NCBI GenBank assembly: GCA_963753345.1
Contig: CAVWBU010000024.1
Span: 256,001 to 320,000 of the forward strand
From: an uncultured Fibrobacterota bacterium
Lineage (GTDB): Bacteria > Fibrobacterota > Chitinivibrionia > Chitinivibrionales > FEN-1185
DNA length: 64,000 nucleotides
Reading direction: 5' to 3'
Each line of letters begins with the position of its first letter. The first letter of the stretch is position 1. A program made the position numbers and the translations under genes. The notes beneath the pieces are model-generated. The model was given only the letters and a program-made list of their open reading frames with translations. It was not told the DNA's origin and did no database searches. Below, piece after piece: positions 1-10,055 of the stretch.

Positions 1-511
1 TGTTCTCGGCTGTGCAATACCTGATGATCCATCCGGGCCCCTGGTCGTGGTTGATGACGCCTTCGTCAACCGGGCAATTGAAATTTTGGATGGTGAGATA
101 CTCGATTGTCACATTCCGTGCCTTGGTGGTGAACGCGTACTGATTGAGATTCTGGCCATCGATGATGGCGCCGGGCCCTCCCATAAAAGTGGACCCGTTG
201 CCAGGCTGAATCTGGCTGTATTGGCCTGTGCCGAGGGTGTGAACACCGGAAGCAAACCAGTAGGTGGCGCCGGCGGTTTTAAAATTGACGCTCGAATTGT
301 CTCCCGCAGGCACCGTGATTGCTCCGGCCGGGGCCGAGGACGGACCGGCAAGAAGAGCCTGATTGTCACAAACGTTGACCGGAGGATTTGCAGGAAAAGC
401 ATTGGCGACCTGCACACTCCCGGTAGACAGGATTGCAACAATAATGAGGGCCAAAACTGCAAACGTTTTTGTGGAAAGGCCTTTACAATAAGTACACTTG
501 CTGGATTGCAT
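1..511 (-). CDS. Secreted right-handed parallel beta-helix repeat protein (pectate-lyase-like fold); C-terminus runs off the left edge of the window
   Basis: Not in the ORF track. Hand translation from ATG at 511 (RBS GAGG upstream): MQSSKC...FAVLALIIVAILSTGSVQVANA (signal peptide) ...TYWFASGVHTLG...GGPGAIIDGQNLNQYAF...NVTIEYLTIQNF..., open to position 1. Confidence 0.7.
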   Translation of the reverse strand, partial: MQSSKCTYCKGLSTKTFAVLALIIVAILSTGSVQVANAFPANPPVNVCDNQALLAGPSSAPAGAITVPAGDNSSVNFKTAGATYWFASGVHTLGTGQYSQIQPGNGSTFMGGPGAIIDGQNLNQYAFTTKARNVTIEYLTIQNFNCPVDEGVINHDQGPGWIIRYCTAEN

Positions 512-580
512 GTAAGCCTCCAGTGTGAGATGGTACATTGTCCTTATCTTTCTTTACGGAATCTGCTCTGAATTCTGACG

Positions 581-2074
581 TCAACGCGGCTCGCATACGA
601 CAAGGTTTGAAGCCGCCTGGGCCGCCGTTTGAACGTGCATCACATAGACGCCGCGCGGGAGGGCTTGCCGGCGCATGTCACGCAGCACCGATTCGGTGCT
701 GTTGCGTTGCATGAGCGCCTGCCCTCTCATATTGTAAAGAACAACAAGCTGCCTGCCCGCTGCCGGCGCCGCAACCGCTGCAGGCAATCCGCCACGGCTG
801 ATGGATGCCGCGGTCGAATTTTCAAGCAGAATGGGTTTTATTCCGATGGTGACCGTTGTTCCGCTGATGCTGTGGAGGCTGCCCGCAAGGTCCCGGTACT
901 GGACATAACCATTCGGAACAATGAATGTCGAGGTCGAGGCTGTATTGGTGTCCCACACGGCCAACGCTTGATAGCCGCCCGGCCGGGTGAAACCGCAGGT
1001 GCCAACCGAACCATTGGCCGTATACGGCTGGCTCATCGTAGCGCCGACCATCCATTTGTATAATTCCCCGTATGCAATTCCCGCAGCATTGAGGCCGCTG
1101 GACGGGGCCCACATCTGCCCCCATTGCCAACTGCCGTTATTATTGTCCCAGGCATACCAGGCGTACACCGATACTCCCAACGACCATTGGAGAAGGTAGT
1201 GGCGGGCCAGGAAAGCCACACAAGCATCCGTCGTGGGATTATTCGAATTACTCCCCTCGGTTCCCCAGTCTCCTTCGGTGCAAAAGATGGGTTTCGATCC
1301 CTGACCGTAAGCATTCATCGCGGCCTTCAGATTCCCCACGATGCCTATTATCTCTTCCGCAGGAGTAATCTGGTTCGCGCCAGCCATGGAGCAATAGCCG
1401 TGAAATGCGATAGCGTCTGCATACGCGCCTCCGCCGGCAGCAAAGTAATCGCTATAGAATTGCGTCATGTTTTCCTTGCCGCCGGTCGCATCCGGCGTCA
1501 GAACAGTGACGGTCTGATCAATGGATTTCGTAACAGCATAGAGATGCTGGCCAAGCTGCTCGAGCTGAGCGATGGTCCCGGTGTAAAAACCCTCCTGCGC
1601 CATGGCCTCATTCCAGACTTCAAGATATTTAATGCTCGTGTGGTAACGGTTGACAAATGCCGTAATGAAGTCATCCCAATACTTAATGCTATCCGGGGGA
1701 TCGGTGTGGGCAGCGGCCGCCCACGACGGCGTCCCGCCAAAGCAGTATAGAATATCGACATTCTTTCCTGTGAGCGAATCCACTGTCGCATCCAGGCTTT
1801 TCCAGCTAAAATTTCCCCTTGACGGCTCAAGCCCGGCCCAGCTGATATCGCCATTTCCCCAGTGGTCCCACGTTCTGAATAAACCGTAGGGCTTGGATGG
1901 TGATGGTATCCCATTGGCCCCATAGCACAGGCCGTGCAGGCCGAAGAAACGCGATGGAATAGTATCAGCCGAGGCTTTACAAATGCACAAGGGCAAACAA
2001 AAAGCCGCCAGGGCACAAGCTGCCAATGCCCTAGAGAACACCGAAGACCGGGAATTCTGTGACCTTGGTGACAT
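581..2074 (-). CDS. Secreted clan GH-A glycoside hydrolase (GH39/GH5-like) with T9SS-CTD-like tail
   Basis: Signal peptide; EVWNE acid/base and IFCTEG nucleophile motifs; C-terminal LYNMRGQ...LPRGVYVMHV. Start moved to ATG at 2074 (AAGGAGG RBS). Confidence 0.75.
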   Translation of the reverse strand: MSPRSQNSRSSVFSRALAACALAAFCLPLCICKASADTIPSRFFGLHGLCYGANGIPSPSKPYGLFRTWDHWGNGDISWAGLEPSRGNFSWKSLDATVDSLTGKNVDILYCFGGTPSWAAAAHTDPPDSIKYWDDFITAFVNRYHTSIKYLEVWNEAMAQEGFYTGTIAQLEQLGQHLYAVTKSIDQTVTVLTPDATGGKENMTQFYSDYFAAGGGAYADAIAFHGYCSMAGANQITPAEEIIGIVGNLKAAMNAYGQGSKPIFCTEGDWGTEGSNSNNPTTDACVAFLARHYLLQWSLGVSVYAWYAWDNNNGSWQWGQMWAPSSGLNAAGIAYGELYKWMVGATMSQPYTANGSVGTCGFTRPGGYQALAVWDTNTASTSTFIVPNGYVQYRDLAGSLHSISGTTVTIGIKPILLENSTAASISRGGLPAAVAAPAAGRQLVVLYNMRGQALMQRNSTESVLRDMRRQALPRGVYVMHVQTAAQAASNLVVCEPR

Positions 2075-2141
2075 AGGAAACCTCCTTAAGGCTGCGGCAT
2101 AGGTTCGCCAGATGTACCATGCCTTTGTCAAGCGCTTACTC

Positions 2142-3089
2142 TTATCTTGTTACTGCCATAATTGTCTTTGATTCGTTCCTGTAAAAATAGACTTGAGGAA
2201 CTTCAAACGTCTTCAACAAGTTCGGTGCAATCTGACGACCTCTAACATCGTATATTGTCCATTTCGCGTCAGAAACGGCATTTTGTACGATGCTGTTGGC
2301 CGGTACTCTGGAGTTTATGGCCGCAATCCCTTGGCCCTGGAGGATGACTGAATAGCCGGTGACATTGAAGGTCTCGTCCACTCCGCCCGTGCTGCAAATC
2401 TCCCAGCCGTAGCCGATCATCATCAGGAGACTGGGGTTCGGCAGGTATCCGTGGTCCACCAGCCAATTGAGCATGGCCAGGAGGTCCACACTGCCAGACT
2501 GCACCATATCGGCTTCGTGCAGCTTCCAGGCCATGCAATTCGTACCGAACGTGCATAGATACCAGCTCTTGACCGGAACACCGCCAGACCCGCCGAAGGT
2601 GGCAGTTGCCACGCCAGTGCAGGCGCCATTCCTGGCGAAGTCATGCTGGATCATGATCTCTGCGCCCGCCTTCATCCAGATGTCCCACATTGCCCAGGCG
2701 CTGGTCTGGCTGTTCGGGTTCATGTTCTCGCTGAACGTCGAGATCATGGAGGTGAGGGTAGATAGCCCGGTCCCTTCACTGGTGACTTTTCCGTAGTTCG
2801 TGCCGACGCTCGCGTAGGACACCACCGCCGTGTTTCCGTTGGGCATGTTGGCGGTCACGGACCAGTTGCCGGGGTCGGTGGCGATGAGGGTCTGGTGCCA
2901 TCCGTTGATGGGGTTCCACACGTTGTTCCCGATGTAGGTGCTTGAGGTGGTCGCGTTGATGCCCGGGTAGTTGTCATACGGGCCGCAGCTCCCCTTCGCC
3001 TCGCTGGTCGTGCAGGCAGCGTGCGCCTCGATGGCCACAAGAGCCACGGCAACGGCGGCAATCCAGGTTAGCCGGAACTTTTTCTTCAT
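2142..3089 (-). CDS. Secreted GH12-like endoglucanase with short CTD-like tail
   Basis: Signal peptide MKKKFRL...AHA; NNVWN, WDIW, AEIMI and GWEI motifs typical of GH12; tail IYDVRGRQI. Confidence 0.7.
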   Translation of the reverse strand: MKKKFRLTWIAAVAVALVAIEAHAACTTSEAKGSCGPYDNYPGINATTSSTYIGNNVWNPINGWHQTLIATDPGNWSVTANMPNGNTAVVSYASVGTNYGKVTSEGTGLSTLTSMISTFSENMNPNSQTSAWAMWDIWMKAGAEIMIQHDFARNGACTGVATATFGGSGGVPVKSWYLCTFGTNCMAWKLHEADMVQSGSVDLLAMLNWLVDHGYLPNPSLLMMIGYGWEICSTGGVDETFNVTGYSVILQGQGIAAINSRVPANSIVQNAVSDAKWTIYDVRGRQIAPNLLKTFEVPQVYFYRNESKTIMAVTR

Positions 3090-3096
3090 ACGTACC

Positions 3097-4395
3097 TCAG
3101 TTGGTGGTAATCGAGAAATCGGTAAACTTAAAAACAGCGTTCGTGCTGTTCGTCGACACAATCTCAACGCCGAAGTCGAGCTGGCCCAGCGTGGAGTTGG
3201 CCGGGAGCCAGCCTTTTGATATCGTCCAATTGAAAATTTCAAGTACATCTATTGTGCCTGAGGTGAAAATCGCGGTCGGCACAAAGGCGATGTAGCCGTT
3301 GTTGGAAGTCTTGTACACGTTGTAGGTATGGCCGCCCAGGGTCACGGTCGCCGACAGACTACCGGCCGGAACCTGCTTGTAGTTCTCAGTCCAGATCATG
3401 AATTCGGTGCAGCCGGCCGTGGCGACGCCATTGGTCCAGATGTCGTAGGCGACATCGTAGATGCCGACATGCGGACTGGTCTCGGCAAACGAGCTCGTGA
3501 TGGTTTTGAACGAGCTGATGAGTACGTTGCTGTAGTCCTTGTGGACATTCGGATAGGTCTTTACCGCGCCGTCGCCGTTATTATTGTTCATGTTGGCAAC
3601 CACGTACCAGCTGTGATATGAACACGCGGACAGGGTTTCGGCGCATTGATAAGAGGCAACGTTCCACATGTTGTTGTGGACATAGTAACCTTCGGTGCTC
3701 CAGCCGCCGCTCGTAGCCGAGGTCACGAACACGGGACTGGTGCACTCGCCCAGCGTTGAGGCGGTAAGCACGCACACCTGATTCGAAAGCGTGTACGAGG
3801 AGATGAACGCCTCGAACGAATTGTATCCGGTCTTTGCCGCGACAAGCGTGTCCGCAACAGCGGCATTTTTGGCAAGCGGCCGGTCCGCCGCGTTTCCAAG
3901 CGTCCTGAGTCCCGAGCCCGCGCCGTAGGAGCCGCACAGGGACAGTTTGCAAACAGCCGACCATGCGCCGATCCTGACCTTGACAAAATACACTCCCGAC
4001 CGCATGTTCCCGGCCGAAGGGGTGAGCGAATACGCGCCCCGGCCAAGCGTTTTGTCAAGCATCGTTGAAACCAGACGGCCGTTCATGGAATACACGTCGA
4101 TCCGCACCGCCGCCGGCTCGGCAACGGTAAACCGCACCTCACCGCCCGCGACAAAGGCCGCGACGGGAGCCGGATGCCCCGGAAGGGGCGCTGCCACGGT
4201 GCTTTGCAAAAGCGAAAACGCCCCTCCGGTGCCGCTGGTGGTTGAGACGCCCGCCGTCGCCAGGCTCACCGTTGCGCCCGCAACGCCGCTGCCCTCTGCG
4301 TCGACCACGGTGCCCGTGATGGCAATGTTCTGCGCACCCGCCTGGAGAGCAAACGCCGCGACAAACGCGCACAGAAGATTTCTTTTTCCAATCAT
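3097..4395 (-). CDS. Secreted protein: carboxypeptidase-regulatory-like domain with inserted CTD/FlgD-like domain, then C-terminal GH12 domain
   Basis: Signal peptide; ITGTVVD...GATVSL; IDVYSMNGRLV...SGVYFVKV; GH12 motifs NNMWN, YDIW, TEFMIW, FGVEI. Confidence 0.75.
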   Translation of the reverse strand: MIGKRNLLCAFVAAFALQAGAQNIAITGTVVDAEGSGVAGATVSLATAGVSTTSGTGGAFSLLQSTVAAPLPGHPAPVAAFVAGGEVRFTVAEPAAVRIDVYSMNGRLVSTMLDKTLGRGAYSLTPSAGNMRSGVYFVKVRIGAWSAVCKLSLCGSYGAGSGLRTLGNAADRPLAKNAAVADTLVAAKTGYNSFEAFISSYTLSNQVCVLTASTLGECTSPVFVTSATSGGWSTEGYYVHNNMWNVASYQCAETLSACSYHSWYVVANMNNNNGDGAVKTYPNVHKDYSNVLISSFKTITSSFAETSPHVGIYDVAYDIWTNGVATAGCTEFMIWTENYKQVPAGSLSATVTLGGHTYNVYKTSNNGYIAFVPTAIFTSGTIDVLEIFNWTISKGWLPANSTLGQLDFGVEIVSTNSTNAVFKFTDFSITTN

Positions 4396-5078
4396 ACGAG
4401 CCTCCTTGCTTCTAAAAAGCAGCATTGATTAGTTGGTGGTAATGGAGAAGTCGCTAAATTTGAAAACAGCGTTCGTGCTGTTCGTTGACACGATCTCAAC
4501 GCCAAAGTCGAGCTGACTCAATGTGGAGTTGGCCGGAAGCCAGCCCTTGGACATTGTCCAATTGAAGATCTCAAGGATATCCACCGTGCCTGAGGTGAAA
4601 ACCACGGTCGGCACGAAAGCGATGTAGCTGTTATCGGAAGTCTTCCACGCATTGTAGGTCACGCCGCCCAAGATCACGGTCGCCGATAGACTGCCGGCAG
4701 GCATCTGATTGTAGTTCTCGGTCCAGATCATGAGTTCGGTACTGCCGGCGGCGGCAATACCGTTGGTCCAGATGCTGTACGCCACGTCGTAGATGCCCAC
4801 ATGCGGACTGGCCTCGCTAAACGTGCTCGCGATGGTTTTGAACGAGCTGATCGGCACGCTGTCGTAGTCCATATGGACATTCGGATACGTCTTGACGGCG
4901 CCGTCGCCGTTATTGTTGTTCATGTTTGCGACGACATACCAGTTGTGATACGAGCAGGCGTACAGGGTTTCCGCACACTGATACGACGCGCTGTTCCACA
5001 TGTTGTTGTGGACATAATACCCGCTGTCGCTCCAGCCGCCGTTCGGGTCCGACGTCACGAATGCCGGACTCGTGCACT
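3097..5078. repeat. Direct duplication of the GH12 coding region (about 3097-3746 and 4429-5078, offset 1332 nt)
   Basis: Both proteins end in near-identical ECTSP.FVTS...DFSITTN, and the DNA aligns by eye with mostly synonymous differences. Confidence 0.9.
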
Positions 5079-5694
5079 CATCCGCGGCAATGGTTGTGGT
5101 GTCGCCCGCCGAGGTCTTGACATTTGCAATTTCAACCGCCGGTGCGGAGACGCGCACGGTCAGAATGCCTTGCGGCAGATCGGTGAAAGAAAACCGTCCC
5201 GAGGAGTTGACCAACGCGAGACGCTCCAATCCGTAAACCTGGGCGTATGCCGTACCCGTTACTGAATCGATGGCGCCGATAATGGCTGCATAGGGCCGCA
5301 AGGTGCCGGTGCCCAGATGCAACGTATCATGCACGGCAAGCGAGCAGGCAAACAGAACACTCGAACCGCCATCGTTCACTTCGATGCAATAGCTGCCCGG
5401 GTCGATGCCGTCGATTTCAAACCGACCCTGCGAATCGGTCAATGCGTCGGCGCCATAGAGCGCCGCTTTGGCAAGCGCAGGCGGCTGGGTTACGTAATCG
5501 CTGCGCCGCAGGCGGACCGTTGCGCCCGATGACGGACCGCCGTCGCTTTTGTAAATGACGGCTGTAACCCTGGCGTTGGTGGTTTCGGACCCGGCGCCGA
5601 CCACCGACTGACTTTTCCCGCAACCCAGCAGCAATGGCGCCACGGCCCAGGCAAGGCCGGCGCCTATTAACGCCCATGGCCGCGTTTGCATCAT
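4429..5694 (-). CDS. Lipoprotein with carboxypeptidase-regulatory-like domains and C-terminal GH12-like domain
   Basis: Lipobox LLGC followed by GAGSETTN; DALTDSQGRFEI; GH12 domain nearly identical to the neighbour's but with YSIW in place of YDIW. Confidence 0.75.
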   Translation of the reverse strand: MMQTRPWALIGAGLAWAVAPLLLGCGKSQSVVGAGSETTNARVTAVIYKSDGGPSSGATVRLRRSDYVTQPPALAKAALYGADALTDSQGRFEIDGIDPGSYCIEVNDGGSSVLFACSLAVHDTLHLGTGTLRPYAAIIGAIDSVTGTAYAQVYGLERLALVNSSGRFSFTDLPQGILTVRVSAPAVEIANVKTSAGDTTTIAADECTSPAFVTSDPNGGWSDSGYYVHNNMWNSASYQCAETLYACSYHNWYVVANMNNNNGDGAVKTYPNVHMDYDSVPISSFKTIASTFSEASPHVGIYDVAYSIWTNGIAAAGSTELMIWTENYNQMPAGSLSATVILGGVTYNAWKTSDNSYIAFVPTVVFTSGTVDILEIFNWTMSKGWLPANSTLSQLDFGVEIVSTNSTNAVFKFSDFSITTN

Positions 5695-6500
5695 TGTCGG
5701 GTCACCGGAAAAAGTTGAATGTTCAGTTGGTACACCGTGTCGGGTTCCTTGGTGTCAGCCGCGAATTTCAGCAAGGTCGAACGGAATTCTTCTATTGTTT
5801 CGTTTATTTCGTCAAAATCTCTTTTCGCCGCTGTAATTGTTACGGTGGAAATGTTGCGCTCCTGCCGGTGGTGCCGGTGCAGGGATTCCATCGCAAGCTT
5901 CATGGTTTCTTCCTGAAATGTCTTTACGGCAACAGCAGGACACCCTTCGCCGGAGGTGACAATCTTATTCGTCAATTCCAACGCACCGTTGCGCCGGGTC
6001 ACCAGGCCGAGCGTTTTCAGAAGCCCGATTGCTTTTCGCGCCTGCGCTTCGGTGATCGGCGGGTCCAGTTGTGCCGCCAGCTTTTTATAATTTCCGGTAA
6101 ACGGATAGAAATCGAGGAGCGTGAGAATGGCCGAATAATACCATTTCTGGAAATACTCGTATTGTTTTTTTTCAATCGTATAGGCTTGTACCCCTCTCAG
6201 GGCAAGGAGCCGCTCGTAGTGCTGTTTGATGTCCCGGTCCGATTTGGCCTTGTTGAAATGCACCAGTGACGCAAAGTATTCGGCATCGGTGCCGGTCAGG
6301 CCGCAGAAGTCGATGAAACACTCGATCGACGTGGAGCTTATATGCCGCTGTTTCTGGAAAATCTTGACCAGATGGGAAGCATCGATCGAAAGCTTGGCGC
6401 CCATGTAACGGTACGAGAAGTAGGGGGATGCCTTTTTCTTCTCATGGAAAAAGTCTCGCAGGAAGTCCCGATATTCCAAGTAACTCTTTATCGATTGCAT
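5691..6500 (-). CDS. TIGR02147/DUF4423 family protein (Fibrobacterota paralogous family, N-terminal HTH-like)
   Basis: YLEYRDFLRDF...FSYRY, YFQKWYYSAI, RNISTVT and C-terminal VYQLNIQLFP motifs; stop overlaps the lipoprotein start (ATGATG). Confidence 0.85.
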   Translation of the reverse strand: MQSIKSYLEYRDFLRDFFHEKKKASPYFSYRYMGAKLSIDASHLVKIFQKQRHISSTSIECFIDFCGLTGTDAEYFASLVHFNKAKSDRDIKQHYERLLALRGVQAYTIEKKQYEYFQKWYYSAILTLLDFYPFTGNYKKLAAQLDPPITEAQARKAIGLLKTLGLVTRRNGALELTNKIVTSGEGCPAVAVKTFQEETMKLAMESLHRHHRQERNISTVTITAAKRDFDEINETIEEFRSTLLKFAADTKEPDTVYQLNIQLFPVTRQ

Positions 6501-6772
6501 ATCAGTCAATATACAACCGGCATGGGCGGCACGCCGGAAAAATGACCGCGATTGGCATATTTCGTGGCCATAAATGCCCACACATACTGTAATTATTGCG
6601 AGTTATTCCGGGCAAATTGCCGGGATGTTTCTATTTCAGTACCAAAAAATTGCCCACAGAACTATTTGCAGGTCTTTCAAAGGATGACATCAAAGCGCTT
6701 TGCAGGGGTTATAGTAACGCCCCTTGAAGAATTCTGCGTTACCTTCATGCAGGTGCGCCCTGCAGCGCGCAC

Positions 6773-6805
6773 AAAAGCAACAAGGCATCCTTTCGGATGC
6801 CTTGT
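6773..6805 (-). terminator. Rho-independent terminator downstream of GH2
   Basis: 11-bp stem ACAAGGCATCC/GGATGCCTTGT with a GAAA loop on the minus strand, followed by TGCTTTT. Confidence 0.75.
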
Positions 6806-6829
6806 CTGTTCCATCACTACGGAGCAAAA

Positions 6830-9615
6830 CTACCGCACCAGGAGAACCTGCTTGACAAAGTGTCCGCCGTCCACGTCAAGACGGACGAACCAGATTCCGG
6901 CGCTCGTGGATTTGCCGTTGCCGAGGGTTCCGTTAATCGCGATCGGATGCCATCCCGCCTCGACCCTCGCGTTGGCCGTCCGTTCGAGGATTCTTCCTCT
7001 TGCGTCAAGAATCTCCATTGAAACCAGCGAGGGTCTGCTTATGTAATACCGTACCATGCCGTTGAAGGTCCGGATGTCGAGCGCAGGCATGGCGGAAGCA
7101 GCCGCCGTCGCACGCAACGCCGGCTTCACCGCCGCCACTATTCCGTTGTTCGGTACCGGAACGACGGTAAACGACGTTGTGCCGGTGTCGAGGCCGGGCG
7201 ATGTGGCCGTCACGGTCACCACGCCGGGCGTGAACGTTGAACGGATCGCCACCTTGATAAGCCCGCCCTCTGCGGCAAGATTGGGATCAAGCGGCGCATG
7301 ATAGCCGAGCGGCTGGCCCGCGGTCACATATTGGTTGGCGCCGCCGCGATAGTTGCCGGGCCCGCTCACGCTGAACGTGATGAGATTGCTGGCCGTGGGA
7401 TTGGTGATGCCGTTTGCATCAACCACCTTTGCAAGTATGAGCTTGGCGTCGGTCCCGTTGGCCGTGATCTGGAACGTGTCGCCGTTTGCCTGGACCGTCG
7501 GCGTGTCCGGGATGAGAACGATGTGGTCGGGAGCGCCTGCGGTTTGCTTCTCGTCAGAGCACACCAATATTTCCGCCGGCGTCAAGGCCGTTGGCAAGCA
7601 GTGTCCCTGAGGCCCAGGCAACACTCCAGGCTCGCGCCGCCCAGGGGTGTAGGCGTCTTCTTTCCCAGGCTGGTTCCGTTGAGGAACAGCTCCACGCTGG
7701 GGCAGTTGGAAAACGCGTTGACCGTTACCGTTCCAGACCTGTTCCAGTGATTGGCAAGAAAGACCACCGGCCTGAACTGCAAAAGGGGTCCAGGCGGCTG
7801 CATACATCTTGAAAAGCATCTTGGGTATGCGGTTGAAATCCATCATGGAGGAGCCGAACGACCTCACTCCTGTGGCAGGCGTGCCGTCCATGAAGGCCTG
7901 GCACTCACCCGGGGTCTCGGCCATGTACCATTGGCACAGGCCGAAGCACTTGGCATTGACGCTGCTCTGCCAATTATTCATGAATTGGTTGGCGAACGAG
8001 ATTTCACCGTTGTAATCCGTCCTCGAATCCGCGTTGCCCCATGCCTCCGCGCCCCACGCCGGGTTGCCGGGCTGCCGTTCTTCATGCCGATCTCGCATCC
8101 GGTCACCGTGCACGAGATAAGGTCCTTGGGCCCGAACCCGGCGCCGCGGACCGAAATCACGCGCGGCGCAAGCGAGTCCCACGTATTGCAGATAGTCCTG
8201 AGCGTGTTGCAGAAGCTGGCGACAATATTGCCGTTGCACACCTCCCACGCAAGGATCGACGGATCGTTTCTGTCGCGTATGACTCCGTCGCGCTGGACCT
8301 CCTGCTTGAGAGTCTGCTGGTCCGCGGTTGCCGCGCCGCCAAACAGTCCTTCGCCGTCGCCGCTGGGCTGCATGAGCATCACGCCCGTGTTGTCGCATGC
8401 GTAAACAAACCCCGGGCTGCACGCGGAATGGCCGGGCCTCCACAGGCGGCCGCCGCACCTCGTGAGAATCACGGCGTCACGATACTCGATTTCCGGCGGC
8501 AGGGCGGTCCCGAGCGCGGGATAGTCGTAGCGGGCCGAAGCGCCGTCCATGTAGTGCATGTGACCATTGATATACGGGTAATTGGCGTCCCACGTGATGG
8601 TGCGGATCCCGAGCGGGCTTGTAAACACGTCGACCGTGGTCCCGCCCACCTGCACGATATGGTACACGGTGTACATGTACGGCGTGCCGTAGATGCTGGC
8701 GTTTGGATACCACAGGTGCGGATTGGCCACGGTGCCTGTCTGGTCGAAGACGGAGCTCTGCCCCGCGGCAACGGACTGCGCGGCGCTGGTGAGGGTCAAG
8801 ACGACCGTGTTGCTTCTGTCCACCACCTTGGTGGTGACCGTAGCGCTCTGGGCCGCGGCACCGTCGTTTCTCACGTTTGTCAACATGCGCACCGTGGCCT
8901 GTGAGCCGTCGGTAGCGATGGCCGTGGTGGCGACATAGGTACCCCACTGATTGAGCGTCGAATACAGATTCACGGGGACATGAACATTGTCGGTGATGTG
9001 CATATAAACAGGGCGGAATATTCCGCCGTCCTCAGACCCGAAACGGAATACCTCCGAAAAACCAGGATCCTCGTAGAATCCCCCGTACTTGCCGACGCGC
9101 ACGGCCAGCACATTGTCCGCACCTCCGAAGGTGACGTAGGGAGTGACATCCACCACGAATCCCATGAAACCGATGACGTGGGTCGCGTTCGCATCCGCGG
9201 TTACCGCGCTGTTACCGGGAAGAAAAGTACCGTTGATGTACACCTGACAGCCCACGTGCACCCCTTGGAATTCAACGATGATCTTTCTGGTGGCATAGGA
9301 ATTGTCGAGGGAAAAATGTTTCCTGTACCAGACATTGCCTCCGAACATTGAACCGTCGCCGCCGCCGCTTTGCTGGTTGATAAACGTGTCGGTGTCGTTA
9401 TAGGTGTGCGGAACGCCGATCTGTTTCCACGCGGCATCGTTGAACGCAACGCTTTGAGGATTGCCCGGGGGATCGGATTTGGTAAACAGCCAGGGTGTTA
9501 CTCCCATATTGATGGTCACCCTGTTGCTCGATTCTCCCGTGTACGTTTGCGCAAAGCCGGACACAACAGCCAGCATCGCGATAACCATCGCCCATCCAAG
9601 AATTTTGCTTTTCAT
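6830..9615 (-). CDS. Secreted GH2 beta-galactosidase-like glycoside hydrolase with CTD-like tail; interrupted by four single-base indels (about 8075, 7775, 7628, 7566)
   Basis: WYRKHF, IIVEFQGV, LGIRTI, RDRNDPSILAWE motifs; the reading frame can be stitched across ORFs 7978..9744, 6830..8458 and 7582..7803 plus a short third frame (WSVAWASGTLLANGLDAGGNI). Confidence 0.8.
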
Positions 9616-9677
9616 TGCTATTCCCTCCTTCAATGGTTTTTTTTCACACGCCATTTGCCGTTCAATGCATGGTTTGG

Positions 9678-9793
9678 ATTGAAGAACCTCGGAGCAAGCT
9701 CCGAGGAAAAGGCAAACGACATAATATTGAAGCGCGAAGCGCAATTACCATACCTTAGGGAACGAAGTGACAATGCGCTCGCTGTGGGATTCG
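9678..9793 (+). repeat. MITE/REP-like element, copy 1
   Basis: Begins ATTGAAGAACCTCGGAGCAAGCTCCGAGGA and ends TGCGCTCGCTGTGGGATTC; same ends as 9937-10055. Confidence 0.7.
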
Positions 9794-9936
9794 AACTCCG
9801 CTTTGCATACCCCCTTCCTTAAAGTGGTTACAAAACCAGTCCAACCCAATTCCTAATACCTAATAATATAACCAACATTCGCCAATTTTAAAGGAATACT
9901 TGGCTCTCTTATCACCCTTTTTAGCTTTCAATAATC

Positions 9937-10055
9937 ATTGAAGAACCCCGCAGCAAGCTGCGAGGAATCTTCCATCCCTTTGGAAAAAGAACATACTTAT
10001 AGTCGCTCGCTTACCCCGAAGCAAGCTTCGAGGAGTGCGCTCGCTATGGGATTCA
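9937..10055 (+). repeat. MITE/REP-like element, copy 2
   Basis: Begins ATTGAAGAACCCCGCAGCAAGCTGCGAGGA, has a second internal hairpin CCCCGAAGCAAGCTTCGAGGA, ends TGCGCTCGCTATGGGATTCA. Confidence 0.75.

Noticed and set aside
2058-2073. Fourth TGTGAC-N4-GTCACA-like box (TGTGACcttgGTGACA)
   Set aside because: One mismatch, lies inside the first codons of a CDS, and lacks the shared -10 geometry.
6830-9615. GH2 as a true pseudogene
   Set aside because: Only single-base indels at short runs, with intact motifs, RBS and terminator; sequencing error is more parsimonious, though not proven.
9774-9801. tRNA-like GGAGTTCGAATCCC on the minus strand
   Set aside because: The T-stem arms do not pair and no D or anticodon arm is present; it is the end of the MITE-like repeat.
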